DNA from: Isurus oxyrinchus
Taxonomy: Eukaryota
Direction: 5' to 3'
Length of the DNA: 64,000 nucleotides
Assembly: GCA_026770705.1 (NCBI GenBank)
Contig: JANJGN010000035.1
Span: 13,516,001-13,580,000 of the forward strand
This document shows, piece after piece, positions 24,241 to 37,800 of this stretch. Each line of letters opens with the position of its first letter. Position 1 is the stretch's first letter. Below the pieces are notes generated by a model. The model made no database searches. It was not told the DNA's origin and saw only the letters and a program-made list of their open reading frames with translations. The translations under genes were made by a program, and so were the position numbers.

Positions 24241-27200
24241 CAGCACCCCTCAACCTGTCTTAAGAACAACATTGGGAAAGGATATTTGTTTCAGTGACAG
24301 GAAATTTCAATGAAATTTACAAAAATCAGGAAAAAAAAGAACAAACATGTGGATTTGTTGCTAACTTGCTTAGAACTTTACAGCTTGAAACCCTGAGCTA
24401 TATTCTAAGATAGACCGTGGCTCGTTTACTTTTAAGTAAAATGTTAGCATATTGACAACTGTGAAGGTGTCATATTATTCAGGAAGGGGACTTGGTGCGT
24501 CTTCAAATGGATGTTCAACACTACACTGGTCACCGCAGGGGTGCGTCATCTGCCCCTCAATTAGTCTACAATGCAGTGGAAGTAAACGTCCAGTGAAAGT
24601 TATGCTCGCAAACCCATCACTAAAAAAAAGAGAAACCAAATCAAGGACTCACATGAAAGCAGGTAAGTTACAGACGCGTGCCTTATCGCCACATTCTTCC
24701 TCCTGTCACAATTTCAACAGATAGAATTTTATATTCAGGATACTCCAGGAAGCTCCTCCCGGTCGATGTGTGTAAGGGAATCTATAATTGCCCTCCTAAA
24801 TTGAATTCCCCTCTCCATTCCGAGCGAAATCACTTGTATAATTCTTATATTGTCGAAATAATGTTGGAAATGTAAAATTTCTCTTCACAGCCTGACCGGC
24901 TGTCTCCATATTCCCTCACTGGATCCTCAGAGTGCGCTTGCCAGGACTTTATATTTTCTGCAGAAGTCGTCTCCATACCAGTTTATCTTATGCAGAACGA
25001 ATCATGCCTCAGGGAAAAGATGAACTCATAAGGGCGCATGTAAGGTGTGATTGATTTGGCAATAGGCATTATGAGACAAGAGCTTTGATGTGCATTTATG
25101 ATATTGAAACGATGATTACTTTATTAGTGGTTTAAAAGTTCCAAGCAACAAGGACAGAAGGCATGTTTTGGGAAAGTGCACTCCTTCTCAAACCCAGTTA
25201 TCTGTATTCAGCGTCCAGGCCACTTAAGAGCAATTAACTACCGCTTGGAATTGTTGTGCCTACATAATTGAACAGGAAATTTTTTCTTGCGCACAGCAGT
25301 TATTCTAAACATTTATATCTCTTTTCATCAACGCTGGATGATTGTTGTACAACAAGTCAGGGGGTTATTCCGTTAATGCTCATTACAACATGTGCAAAAG
25401 GAATTCCTGCAGCTTATCACTCGATTTCTTACCTTAAGGTGAGTGATGTGAAGAAAGTATTTTTCAAATAAATTCAGGGAGGGAATTCACCTGCAGAGAA
25501 ATTTGCATGTGCTCGATGGACCGGAGGAGCTTGTCTGGCCAAATTATTTCCAGCAACTTACCGGTGTAAAAGCAGTTAGCAGAATACAAGTTTAGGACAA
25601 TATCTTATCCAGTGAGGTTGCAAACCAAATTAGATACCAAGACTGCATCAGAACAATTATATGTTTTTTTTTCTACAATGAGCAATGCATTGACACATTA
25701 ACTAACCATACTCCTTAAAGGTGTTTTATTATGATTACTGTTGCCATCAGCATTATAGCACAGAGAATGAAATTTTAACTGACTTGTATAATTTAAGTAA
25801 ACAGAATACAAATTTAGGAGAATAGGTTATCAAGCGTATTTTAAAACAAAATTAGACGTCAAGATTCCTTAAGTGCAAATATTTGCCTTTTTTACTCAAC
25901 AATGGAAAGCACAATGTCAAATTACACCTTAAGATGAAATTATTACGATTAATATTGCCATCATCATTATATAAAAAAAGGATGCCAATTCATGTGGAAC
26001 ATTTGCACGGGGCTTCATTGGTAGCATAAATTGGCTGCCGTGGAAACTGCAGTTCTATTGATTATTACGGCAAAATTCTACTTGGAGGGACTAAGTTCCT
26101 GCAATTTCAGGACGCATGTCACACAGGTGAAAAAAAAACATTTCAGAAATGAATGACTAAAAAATAAGACAAAGATTGTCACCAAGTCGCTTCAACAGAC
26201 TGGAAAAGGAAGGTTCCTTTGCAGGGGTCGTGTGTTGGGTCCTGTTGAACTGAACTATCAATACTTTCAACGCATGATTCGTGAACAAATGATTCAAAGC
26301 AACAGAAGCATTACCCGCATGGCATAAATGTCGGATTCACAACACTCGAGTTTAGTTAAGTGGTAAAAAGTATCTTTATGTATTCGGTGCATTATTGTTT
26401 ATAATCCCAAAAAATTCTATTAGGAACCTATGATATCATGAGGAATACTGCTCGATCGTTATTAAGCTAACTTTCACAAGCTAAACTGTGAGGAACTATT
26501 TTATCTCTTAGGGTGTATTGTTGATCCATGATTTGAAACATGGCTGATTCAAGGAGCACTGCATTCGGACCCTCCATTCACCATATACGCACCCAATCCA
26601 CTACAGCAGAACAGCCGGTGAGTTACCGAGGCTTGCAGATTCTTTCAGCATCCAGAGAAGTTACCAGCCCAGAGATTAAGTTGCTTCGAACGAAAACTTT
26701 CTGTGTAAGATGAATCTTCTATTTTAATTCCAAATTTATTCCAATTCAGATGGGTTAAAAGTTTAACAGATAATGTTACACAGTCAAGATATGTTGAATT
26801 AAATGGCGCCGTCGGTTATCTGTAAAGGTATCATGAAATAGACGTTAATATTAGTTTGCTTCATTCTACACTATTATATCGCAAGTAGAATGTCAATAGG
26901 GTTTCAAATCGACAATTATATGATTATATTTCGAACTTTGGTTTCTTAAGTTAGTCTCGGGACGTACGCTGACAAGCTGTGTATTTTAAGTTCATTTTAA
27001 GTTTCCCCCTTGACAACACTGAGCTGGGCTTCAGTCTCGATACCCCACAGGCTTCGTGGCGAGGATGCCCCCAAAATATTAGCGTGGATGGAGTGGTAAA
27101 CTTCGAGCCAGCGTGGCTGGGAAAAATATGATTTATTTACAAGTGATGGTGTTGTGTGATTTAGATGGGCTCTTGGATATGATAACATTCCCAAACACAG

Positions 27201-27399
27201 GCTTCCCTTGACCTTCTGGGAAGTAGAATTTGCCGATTTTTTAGGTGCTGTCCACAATATTATGGATGGCTTCCCAGAGTGAATCCTGCAGACGGAGCCC
27301 ACGGTGTTCTCCAGTCCAACCATGATGGATGGGATTTTGTTTGATCTGATCCCGAATGTATGTGTTAATGCCCTAACTCAGAATATTTTACGAGATTTG

Positions 27400-28170
27400 T
27401 TCCATGCTCCCCGTCTTCCTCCTCTTCCACCTTTTAGCCCTCTTTCTATCTCTTCTCGCCACCCCTCGCTCTCTCTCCCTCTCTCTGACTTAATGGATTA
27501 TTTCAGGATGTTCTATGCGATTTGATCCCTCATCAATCATCATTTCCTTTTGCATCTTCCTCCAATTCTTCTTATATTCACCCCCGGTCTATCTCCCTCC
27601 TCGCTCTCTCCACTGCTAGCCAACCACCCCCCGCCCAAATCATCTGCCCCAATCTCATTCCTGTTCTCTCTTTCTCTCCATCTTTCGCATCCGCCACCAA
27701 ACTCTATACCTCGCTATCTCTCAATCCTCTTCTCTATATCTCCCACAAAGCCACGCCTCCCACTCTTTCTCTCTATACCTTCTCACCCCCCCAACCCCTC
27801 CCCCGCTCACCCTCTCAATCTCTGTCCGTATCCCTCCCACACACAGATACCTGTTGCATTCCCTCTCTTTTTCAATCACCTCACTTCTTCATCTCTCTTT
27901 CCCTCTCCCTCGGTATATCTCTATTCAAATCTTTCCCCACTCATAGCCACCTCTCCCTCTCCCGCTCTATCTCTCTCTGTCTCCTTCCCTCTCCATCTCA
28001 CTGTCTCCTTCCGACACTGAACACGGCAATCGTAAACTCCCTCTCTTTCCATCTCTATCACTGCCACCAAAGCCCATTCTCTCTCTTTCTATCTCTCTCT
28101 CTCTATCAGCTTGCCCCCCTCTCTCTCTCTTTCTCTCTCTGCCTCTCTTCCTCTCTCTCTGTCTCCCTCA
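27400..28170. repeat. CT-rich low-complexity polypyrimidine tract
   Basis: Degenerate (CT)n; explains the spurious Ser/Leu/Pro-rich 301-aa ORF. Confidence 0.9.
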
Positions 28171-31100
28171 TTTGCCGTTATGTTTTCTTAGGTTTGATAT
28201 GTTTTAACTGTGTGCACACTATGGTACTTGCTATTTTAGGTTATTCAGATTGCCTTGGGAGTGCTGTTTTCTCTCTACCGGATATTTATCTATTGCACAA
28301 CAATCGCACCGAGACCAGTGCCCTTATCAAGAATATACCGAGCGGACTGGCTGAGCGGCCTATCGGTAAGTTTAAGGTCAAGGACTGGAGCAATCAATGT
28401 GAGAAGGAATGGGAGTGTTCGAGTTGAGCAGATTAGAATGGTCAATTGTGTCCGTGCTTTCATGCAGCACAGCATAACCGATTGTTTTTCAATGTCATCC
28501 TTCCAGAAATTAACACTAATCTTTGGCTTGCAACTCTAAGATGTTGAAAATCCCCATAGCTACTTTGAATCACATTTGAAGCTGTTCCACTCGGTCAACT
28601 TTGATAAATAATGGCGATTTTCTTATCCCACCGTCCAGTAATCGTCATCTCCCACAAAGCAGCGAAGAAATTAATTTACAAACCAGATTTTCAGATGCAA
28701 TAGTCCCTTTCTGTATTTCTGCCCAGGTCTCCAAAAGTGTTAACTATAACCTGTACATTTTTACATCCACATGCTCTAAAACTCTGCTTTGGATGGGCCA
28801 CGTTCAAATCGCTTCTGTAATTTTTTCAGAGCAGACTCTATATCTCCAGAAGACATTTCAGTGATTACCCTGTTTAGATCCGGGTCGAATGTCCCCTCAC
28901 ATGACAAGCAGTGAGTTCAATCTGTCACAGTCTCACCCAGGTTTTCATGCTGCTTTGGAACGTGTTGCTGTGTTCATTACGCGCTACCAGCTCAAGATGC
29001 TCCTTGCTGTTTGCAACATTCAGCTGTCGTCCACATTGCCCATTTGCAGCCGGAACTTACCATAGTCAGAAAAATTGTATATATGGCTCCCTATCCCTCC
29101 ATCGCACCCGTGACAAATGCTGCCACACGCTGACAACTCATCACAGGTAAATTAGAGATATATCAGGGTAAATCACGTGAAGAATCAAAAAGGAGAATTG
29201 AAAAGGGATTCATGGTTTGAGAAAGTTGTTTTGATTATAAACACGAGTTATCAGCTGAAATGGATATTTATACTTTTCATTCCAGTACATGTTTTGTGGG
29301 AGTGTACGGTACATTATAGGAGCAGAAACAAATAGATGTCGTGTGAGTATATCCTTATTGTAATTTGGTGAATCAAAAAATTTCAGCTCCAGGAGTCTTG
29401 CTTTCATGTTAAATTCTGCAACGCAGCTCAAACCACAATTTGCTTCCCTGCGCACAGGCCTGCGCAGCAATGCATAGTGGCAGAGGAAATGCGATTCAAA
29501 GGGTGACACGGGAAATCATTTCTCATTTCATGACTTTTCCCACGTATATAAACGGACACATTCGGTAAAATTCCGTCAACACATATAAAACTGTTTTATT
29601 TTTAAAACATTGGATTTCACATTTACCGTAATTTCCATGTTTTTCGCTGTGTGTTCCAAAAGTTTTTGGGCCAAGAATCCAATGGCTTTGTGTGAAATAT
29701 CATGGACAGATATCAAAATTAATTGCTGCTTACTCTCCGAAGCTGTGTGCCTGTCTGTTGGCGAATTTGACCAGTGTCTTTGTTCTGGCGGTGGATCTGC
29801 ACCTGTTACACTTCGATGTCTGCATTTGGCCTGGACCAAAATTGTCCGCTCTCGGACGCGTTCAACGTCATTGTGCTGTTCATGTGAGTACAGAATAAAA
29901 TCCTCAAATGCGGCTGAATTATGCGAATTGGCAAAGGCAGGTCCAGCATGTGTTTGCTTTATTTTATATAGATTGAATGAGAATGGACAGTATGGAGGGG
30001 GCTCGCTCTCTTTTTACTGTCCAAAACCAACCTCCTTCCACCAAACTCCCTGGACCTGGTGATAGAAGAAAAGCAATTTCCATTTGCCTGACGTCCTCAA
30101 CCACGTGAAGCATCCTCTGCTGCTAAAGAGGACTGTTAATAGCCAAAGTTCAGACCTGTACACAGATAGTGATATATGCTTAGAAAGCCAAGAAATTGGA
30201 AAAATAAATGGGCTGGAGCAGCACCTTTCGGTGCATGGCTGCTGAGCAGGCTGCTGCACTTGCTATATTGGCAGCAGTGTTCTGTTTTGTTTCAAATTTA
30301 ATAAAGAGGGAAATCAAGCAGGCAGGCCTAGAGGCCATTGGAATAGGCAGACTCGAGACAAAAGGCACTGATGAGATTTTTCCCAACCAGCTACATGGTT
30401 GCCAATCAAAGACACACAGAAAACAATTAGACATGTTAAGCACACCAAGCCTAAATAACTCCCACTTCAACCTATCCCCAACACCCAGCGCCCCCGGAAC
30501 ATTTCGCAGCCATTTACCAGTGACCAGCTCATATTTATCCTTTTGGATTGAACCAATAGTTTGGAAATTCATTGCCCTGCGTCCACATGCTGAAATCTTG
30601 AATATTTCTCAAATATGTCTTATGTTCCATACTCAGATTTATGTTGTCTGGTGAAAAGGCACCAGCCTAATCATTTGTAGGCATTATTAAATATCTTCTT
30701 CGGAATGCTCAACACCAACTTCGTTGAATTGCCTGTTGGAGGCCAATTAATTCGTGGATGTTTTTTTTTACGAGGAGGGTCTCTATATCTGGATGATATA
30801 GGCTTCTGTGTAAATAAATCACCCTCAGCTGGCTGATGCTTAGAACGGTTGACTGGTTTGCCGAATGACATTTGTTTATCTGCTCCCCTGTCCACCCATT
30901 CTCAGATAGTGAGGCCAAACTAGTAAAATGACGCCTATATATTTTACTTCCCATGGAGCCCCATTGGATGGCAAAGGGCGAGAGCTCTCTCCCAACACAT
31001 TGTTGCCCCAGGCCAATGCCCAATCCCATCTCTTTACTTTCTTCAGTTGTGACTATATTCTCTGGCCAATACTCTGTGTTACGTAGTCTTTGTGAATTGT

Positions 31101-31584
31101 GCTCTTGCAGTGCTCATGAGAAATCTGGTGAGCTGAAGTCAATTTCCTTATTTCCGACTGTCAGTAACATTTTCTTGCCACTGACGCCCAGGGGAATGCT
31201 TACGGGCTCCTAGTCATCCATTGGATCCTTGTGCTGTTGGAGATATTGATAGCAATCGCTGTTTCCATTATTGGCTGGACGGCGCTGGGCAGAAATTCGA
31301 AGACTCAGGTTTATAAGGTTAGTGATTATATGGGAACTGTTCAATTTTATCTTTGAACTGAAGAAAAGGAAGCAGCATGAATCTACGGAGAACCATTTCT
31401 GGCCATTAGAAAGGCCCTTACATGGAACAAAACAGGATCTTATTAACAGGAGTGTGATTATCACAAGCTGATAATTCGTGTGTGTTGGGTAAGAGCTCGG
31501 AGGTTCAGAGGTGTGCATGAATAACAAATGGTACAACAATTAATTTGGATCTCTAATTGAATATTATAATTTTTTACAAGGGTA

Positions 31585-32200
31585 ATTGATAACAAAAACA
31601 TGTTTCAGATGTACAGAGCTTTGGTGAGACCAAACCTGCAGTACTCTGTAGAGTATTGGTCAACTTATGTAAGGATATATGTATATGCATTAGAGGCAGT
31701 CCAGAGATGGTTTGTTAGACGAATACCAGGAGTGAATGCGTTATCTCATGTGGAAGGGTTGGGCACGTTAGGCTTCTTTCCACTGGAATGCAGAAAGAGT
31801 GAGATATAACTTGATTGAAAGCTTGAAGATACTGAGGGGCCTTGACACTGTGGATGTGGAGAGGTTGTTTTCTATTGTGGGATAATCTAGACCTAGTAGG
31901 TCAATGTTTGACTGTAAGGCATTGCCCATTTAAGACAGTGATTGGTAAAATATGTCTGTGAGGGTGGTGAGGCTTTGGTACGATCTTCCTCAAAAGGTGG
32001 TGAAGGCATAGTCTTTGAACATTTTAGAAGGTACAGCTGGATTGATTCTTTATTAACGAGTGGCTTAATGTTTATCTGGATCAGTTGTAATTTGGGTTTG
32101 AGTTCAAATTCAGATCAGTCATGATCTTAGTGAATGGTGCAACCGAAAGGTGAGGCCGAGTGGCCGACTGCAAATTCCTTCTTCATATGTTCCTACGGTC
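31585..32200 (+). mobile_element. CR1 3' fragment
   Basis: MYRALVRPNLQYSVEYWSTY…ALEAVQRWFVRRIPGV…LGFFPLE. Confidence 0.9.
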
Positions 32201-32629
32201 AAATCCATAAGATCAAGAGTAAAGTGTTAATTTGGAAAGCAATGCTCCCTGTGAAATAAAGCACTGCATGTCGGCAGACAATGAGTGCATTTCGGATGAG
32301 ATTGTGTTCCCCAAATGTCAATTTTGGTTCAGTTACTCTTTCCTAAGTTCAATAAGTGAACAAGAGTATCGTCCCTGGAGAAACTTGATAAAAATTGCGG
32401 CCGGTACACAACGTGATAACTTGGTAGATATGGGCGACCTGGGTTGTTGACTCCAGATGGCATAGACAGAATAGACAAATGGGTTGAAACTTGGTAAATG
32501 GATCTGAATGCTGGACAGTATTACTCTTGAAAAGGCAAATATGTCAAGGCAATACACAATTACCATTCTTAAAAGCGCAGGTGTGAAGAAAGGTCTTCCT
32601 GTCCCCACTGGTCAATCATATATTTATTT

Positions 32630-32950
32630 TTGTTTGTTCTTGGGATGTGGGCGTCGTGGGATCGGGGCCAACATTTAAGACACGTCTTTGATCAAGGGGC
32701 ATTTACGTGTCAACCAGATCTAGACCTGGCCAAGAAAGGACGGCTAATTGCCTTCCCTGAAGGACATTAGTGAACCAGGTTGAGCTTTAAGTCAATCGGC
32801 AATAGATTCACTGTCATCAGCATCAGAATTTTAATTACAGATTTTTATTCAATTCAAATTTCACCATTTGCCAAGCAGAATCCGTGTCTCCAGAACATTA
32901 CCCTGACTCTCTGGAACAGTAGTCAGTGGCAATACCACAATGCACCGTCT
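32630..32950 (-). mobile_element. tRNA-derived SINE copy
   Basis: ccttccctgaaggacattagtgaaccag…attcaaatttcaccatttgcc…ccagaacattaccctg…caataccac. Confidence 0.75.
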
Positions 32951-34109
32951 CTAAATGGAGTTATACAGTATGAAATCAGCTGAATGCGCTTAAAGTTTAT
33001 AAACAGCTGCTACTGAATCAGCTGCAGCTTTTGTGGACAAATCCTCACAATGTCCTTCAAATACCTATTGGCATTAAAACCGGTACAGGGTAAGTGTCCA
33101 GGCTTGTTTGTGGGCAATGGACCTCAGTTGTAAGGAGATATTATATTATAGCGAAGACATTTGTAATTAGCGGAATAATATTTGGAGATGACTTATTAAA
33201 GATATTCAAGGTGCTGGGCTGATTTTATGGAAGAGATAGAGAACGACAAATCCCTCAAGCGACTAGTCAGATAGACAAGGTGCATGGATTGAACATTATT
33301 GTAAGTAGCTTGAGGGGAAATAAGTCTCATTTATTTCGAACATGATTGCATGATTCTAGGACGTTGTAAATGAGAAAAAGAGAGTCTGGAAATTGCTTAC
33401 CGAAATAACTTTCAATGGGAAGTAGACAGGTCGTCGAGAATGAAAACCTGACAGGTTTACAGATAAAAAGGATGGGCAGGAGATGTGGGACACACAATCA
33501 CTTTGTTTTTTCAAGAGTTCAGCACAAAGAGTATAGGCGGATGTGCTGCCCATGTCAAGCCAAGTTCTCGGGCCAAGACAGGGCTGAATGTCATAGGTCA
33601 CAGCACCACTGGGTAATGAGCGATCTTGTAGCCAATGTTATTAAAGGTGTGGGGGATGGTTACGGCTGTCCAGGGCACCCACATTTCAGCTTGTATGCTG
33701 GCTCCCATCAGCTGGCGATCCAGGCGAGACAAGTGATATAATCTCTTACTTTTGACATTCTGACATTGCTTTAAAAAAAATGTCCATTCAGTTTATTGCA
33801 ATGCTCGTATGAATAAAATATCCATTAGTTTAGAATTCCATCCTCTGGTCTCGGGATTTTGCAAAAACCTGACTTGTTAAATGAGTTACGTTTATTTTGT
33901 GACTCAGGGTGAGACAGCTACCAGTATTCTAGAGATACTGTGATAATTCTGAACATAGTATTCAATTCTCTAAAATGGATTTAAACATATGTATCTATAT
34001 TATATTCCGATGCACATTCATACATGTCTTTTGTAAACACTGGTTGAGTTATTATTTATTTGCGACATTCCATTCATTCACTAAATATTATATGAGTGAC
34101 TCTCCGTGC

Positions 34110-34840
34110 TGGATACTCAGAAGAACAGAGGATCAAAGTTGCCTTGGTGTACATGTGCATAGTTCCCTGAAGACAGCAGCACAAGTGCATAAGGTGGAGA
34201 AGAACGCAGATGGCTGATTGCCCTTAGAGTCCGAGGCGTAGATTATCAGAGCAGACAGTGTATGTTGGAGCAGTATCAAACGCTAGTTAAGCCCCATATG
34301 GAGTGCGGTGTGCACTTCTGGCCGTCACACGCAAGGAAGGATGTGATTGCACTGGAGAGGGTTCAGATGAGATTCACCAGGATGTTGCCTGGCCTGGAAA
34401 GCTTCAGCCATGAAGGGAGCTTTGATGGGTTTTACTTGTCTTCCTTAGAGCAGAGAAGGCAAAGGGGGAACCTAAAATAGGTATACAAAACTATGAGGGG
34501 CATAGATATTGTAGCTAAGATAAAACATTCCCCATTAGCAGATGTTTAATAATCAGGGGGCATAGACTTATGTTTAGAGTCAGGGTGTTTAGAGTAGATT
34601 TGAGGATTTATTTTAAACATTGAAATTGGGGATTATCGGAAACTCACTTTCTGAGAGGGTGATAGAAGCAAGAACTCTCACAGAATTTAATAAGTATTTA
34701 GTTGAGAACTAGAAGAGGGTTTGCACACGGGGCTACGGGCCTGGAGATGGCAGAGGGGTTTAGAATAAACAGGTGCTTGAAGGACAGCACTGCCATCAAG
34801 GGCCGAAGTGCCAGGTTCTGTGCTGCATAATTCTAATAAC
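34110..34840 (+). mobile_element. CR1 3' fragment
   Basis: LGVHVHSSLKTAAQV; MLEQYQTLVKPHMECGVHFW…RKDVIALERVQMRFTRMLPGLE. Confidence 0.9.
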
Positions 34841-37800
34841 TGATGACTGTTTTTGTGCACCATATTGACGTCATTTCCGATTTCATTCACAGCCACCCAA
34901 TGAGTCCGCTCTTCAGGACATCAGTTCTCAAACACGCGTACCGCAGGGCCTGATCAGTCACAATTTCACGCCGGCAGCACCACTCTAGTCAGCTCTTCAT
35001 TGACACAGCAGGAGGTCCAGCTTGAGAAAATTTGCCGCTGTCGACATCGAGTCCAGTTCATGGCTGAGTTGCTTTCACTGTCCAAGAATGCAAGTTGCTG
35101 ACTGAAACTATTCCAACAGAATAAAGAGACCAAGTGGAGCTCATCAACTGAATATAAAAGGATAAGAATAGGCCTTCATTCCATTCGTTACAGTGCTTGC
35201 TCTTTGAAATATCTCTGCAATTGTACAGTGTTACCAAGGTATTTTCCCTTAGCCCCTCAAATATTTAATTAATGCAGATTTAAACAGTAATATTGATAGT
35301 TCTTCTGCCAGCATTTCAAAACGTTTAAAAATGTTTTCCCGTTTTACATTTCACTTTTAACCAAAGTGCAGATTCTTCACCTCTCCCCTTTCATTCTCCC
35401 CTGCACCAACTTGCCATCTCTTTAATCAATGACAAATTTCCAGAAACTGCATTCTGCGCTCCTTCATTTTCTCCCATCTATCATTCATTTTCTCCCATCT
35501 ATCACTAACAGGCATCTCCATCTATCCTCTGGCCAATGCCAGTGTCTAGCACTGCACTCACTTGTCTTCACTTCTCCTCATTGTTACCCACCCTCTTGCG
35601 CACATTCACATACCCATCCTCCACGAGGACATTCTCGAGTTCGAATTATTACATGTTGCGTTTTTAAAATGAGGTTTGTTAGAAAACTACATCAAAATTC
35701 TGGGGGAGGACACTTGGCGGAATCCTCTTCATACTAACCACGTCTCAGATACATAGCAACAGGTGAAACCCATTTCCCAACCCTCGCCCTCACAGGTTCT
35801 CTCTTCTTTCACCGTATAACTCAATTTCTCCATCAATTCCACGCTATGCCCGTCTTTCAATCTATGCCCTTCATGGTAAATGATCTCCATCGTCGTGAGG
35901 CCATGGGGGGTGGTATCCGTTAATGACGGTTATATTCCTACTGAACTCGCTTTTATCCTCTGACTTGACTCCGTCTTCCTGGAATATAGCAGTATGGCTT
36001 CCATTCTCTTTCAGTGATCAAAACCACCGCGTCTATCAACAAACATGTCAATTCTTTGCACGTTTAAAAATAAACCCATACCTGTGCCAATTCTCTCATG
36101 AATTGTGTCATTCCGTCTGCTCCCTCAATGCACTTGTCTGAAACACGCCATGGGAGACATTTAGATTTTAAGGATTAAAAGCACCAGTCAACACAATTGA
36201 GATACAAAAAGCCAATCTCCAATGGTCCTCTATCCCCATATCTCACTAAGAGCTTCGGTCTAAAATGGCAATATTCAGAACACCAGGCAGTCTGGCAGAG
36301 TCTCTTCCATTCAGTAATCAGTGAAAACGAGGTATGGACAAACAGAAAAAAAAACAAACTATATGAAGGCCTGAGTTACCTTTCAGCCAATACGCCAAAC
36401 TGCCACTGGTTAGCTTCATCCTGTTCCTGACTTGCAGGCCCAAGGAACCTCAATGGGTTGCGTGAGTGAACCCCCACACAGACGGAATGAATGATTTATA
36501 TTATTAAGCATGTAGCTCATGAACGCGTGGGGATGGAGAAAATGTCCAGCCTTTTACTGGATACGATGTTCTGTGCAGTCTATTTATTACAAAGGTTACA
36601 ATTCTCAGAATTTACCAAATTTCTCGGAATTCGCTTTCATTCTTTCAGTGGAACGAGAACACACTTTCTAACAATCAAATGACAACAAAAAATGACATTG
36701 TTTTCCCATTCACTAACCATAATGTATTTGCATGATTCACATCATCTCCAACATTCAAGGCCCAAAGCAAGAAAGTGAGAGAGACAGTACTTATCACATA
36801 TCATGCTCCTCTGATGGAGGTTCTCGTGTTTTTGGTGAAAGAGGGGATAAAGGGAGGTAGTTGGACTGCGTGGGAGGGGAATGATCTGTAGAGGGCGGAA
36901 TGCGACTTTAGAAAGTGAGGAGGGCAGGTGGTTATGTTGTGAGGCCCTGGAGAGCGCAGAGGCGGTAGGAGAAAAACTGAGGGATCCCCGGGTAGCTTAG
37001 TCGCTACAATACCTGACATTGAATCTGAAAGCGTTGGTTTGGGTGCTGCTTTTCCACTGCCCATGAGGCGATGGAACACATTCCCTGCTGCATTTTCCTG
37101 TTCCTTGAACAATGGCTGAGATTGCACCATGCCACACTGGACTTCCACAAATTCTTGAAGCATCTTAGATTTAGTGGTTGACATCCATAACGTCCCACCT
37201 TACCCAAGGGTGGCAAAAACCCTCGCGTTATTCATCAATGCAATATGTTCCTGATAAAGGTTGTGATAAATCTATTTAAGTGCAGCCATTTCTTCTCTGA
37301 TGTATTACATTTAAACTTTAGTCATTTTTGCAAAGTCTGTTTTCATAAACTATTAATGGCCCTCACTTTTCACAAAGGCACTAATTGGAGGGAGTACTTT
37401 CAAACCTTTAAGTTGAGTCTGTATTGGGGAATTACAGTGGGCGACAGAGAAAACAGGACCTCCCAAAATCAGAAACAAAACTTGTTAAAAATAAAAGAAA
37501 TGCATCTGTGATGATCATTTTTCTCGGCAGAAAGAGTTCACAGGGCTTTCAACACTCTGATACGGACCTCACAGTACAGTTTAAGTGTTGTGATTTGCTG
37601 CTCATAACAATGTTTCATATTAATTCGAGGGAAGTAAAGTTGAAATTGCACGTGGACATGTTTATCATTCTAACCAATGTTTAAGACCGCAAGAGAGACC
37701 AAATGTTCCTCAGTTGCTTCCTGTTTTCACATTCCCCTCTGCTCATTTGACGAGTCAATAGGGCTATCTCGGTTTAGATATGAATCAGCAATATGCGTCT

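Larger units (their letters stand above)
16284..37136 (+). repeat. Tandem segmental duplication, unit 1 (~20.85 kb)
   Basis: Continuous colinear similarity to 37137-57713; starts ctggacttccacaaat, ends …ccatgccaca(ct); paired ORF translations all along (e.g. 24452/44891, 28255/48688, 31210/51580). Confidence 0.97.

Noticed and set aside
27522-28427. Longest ORF (301 aa) and its paralogs at 47750-48779
   Set aside because: Product of CT-rich low complexity; the frame is not conserved between copies
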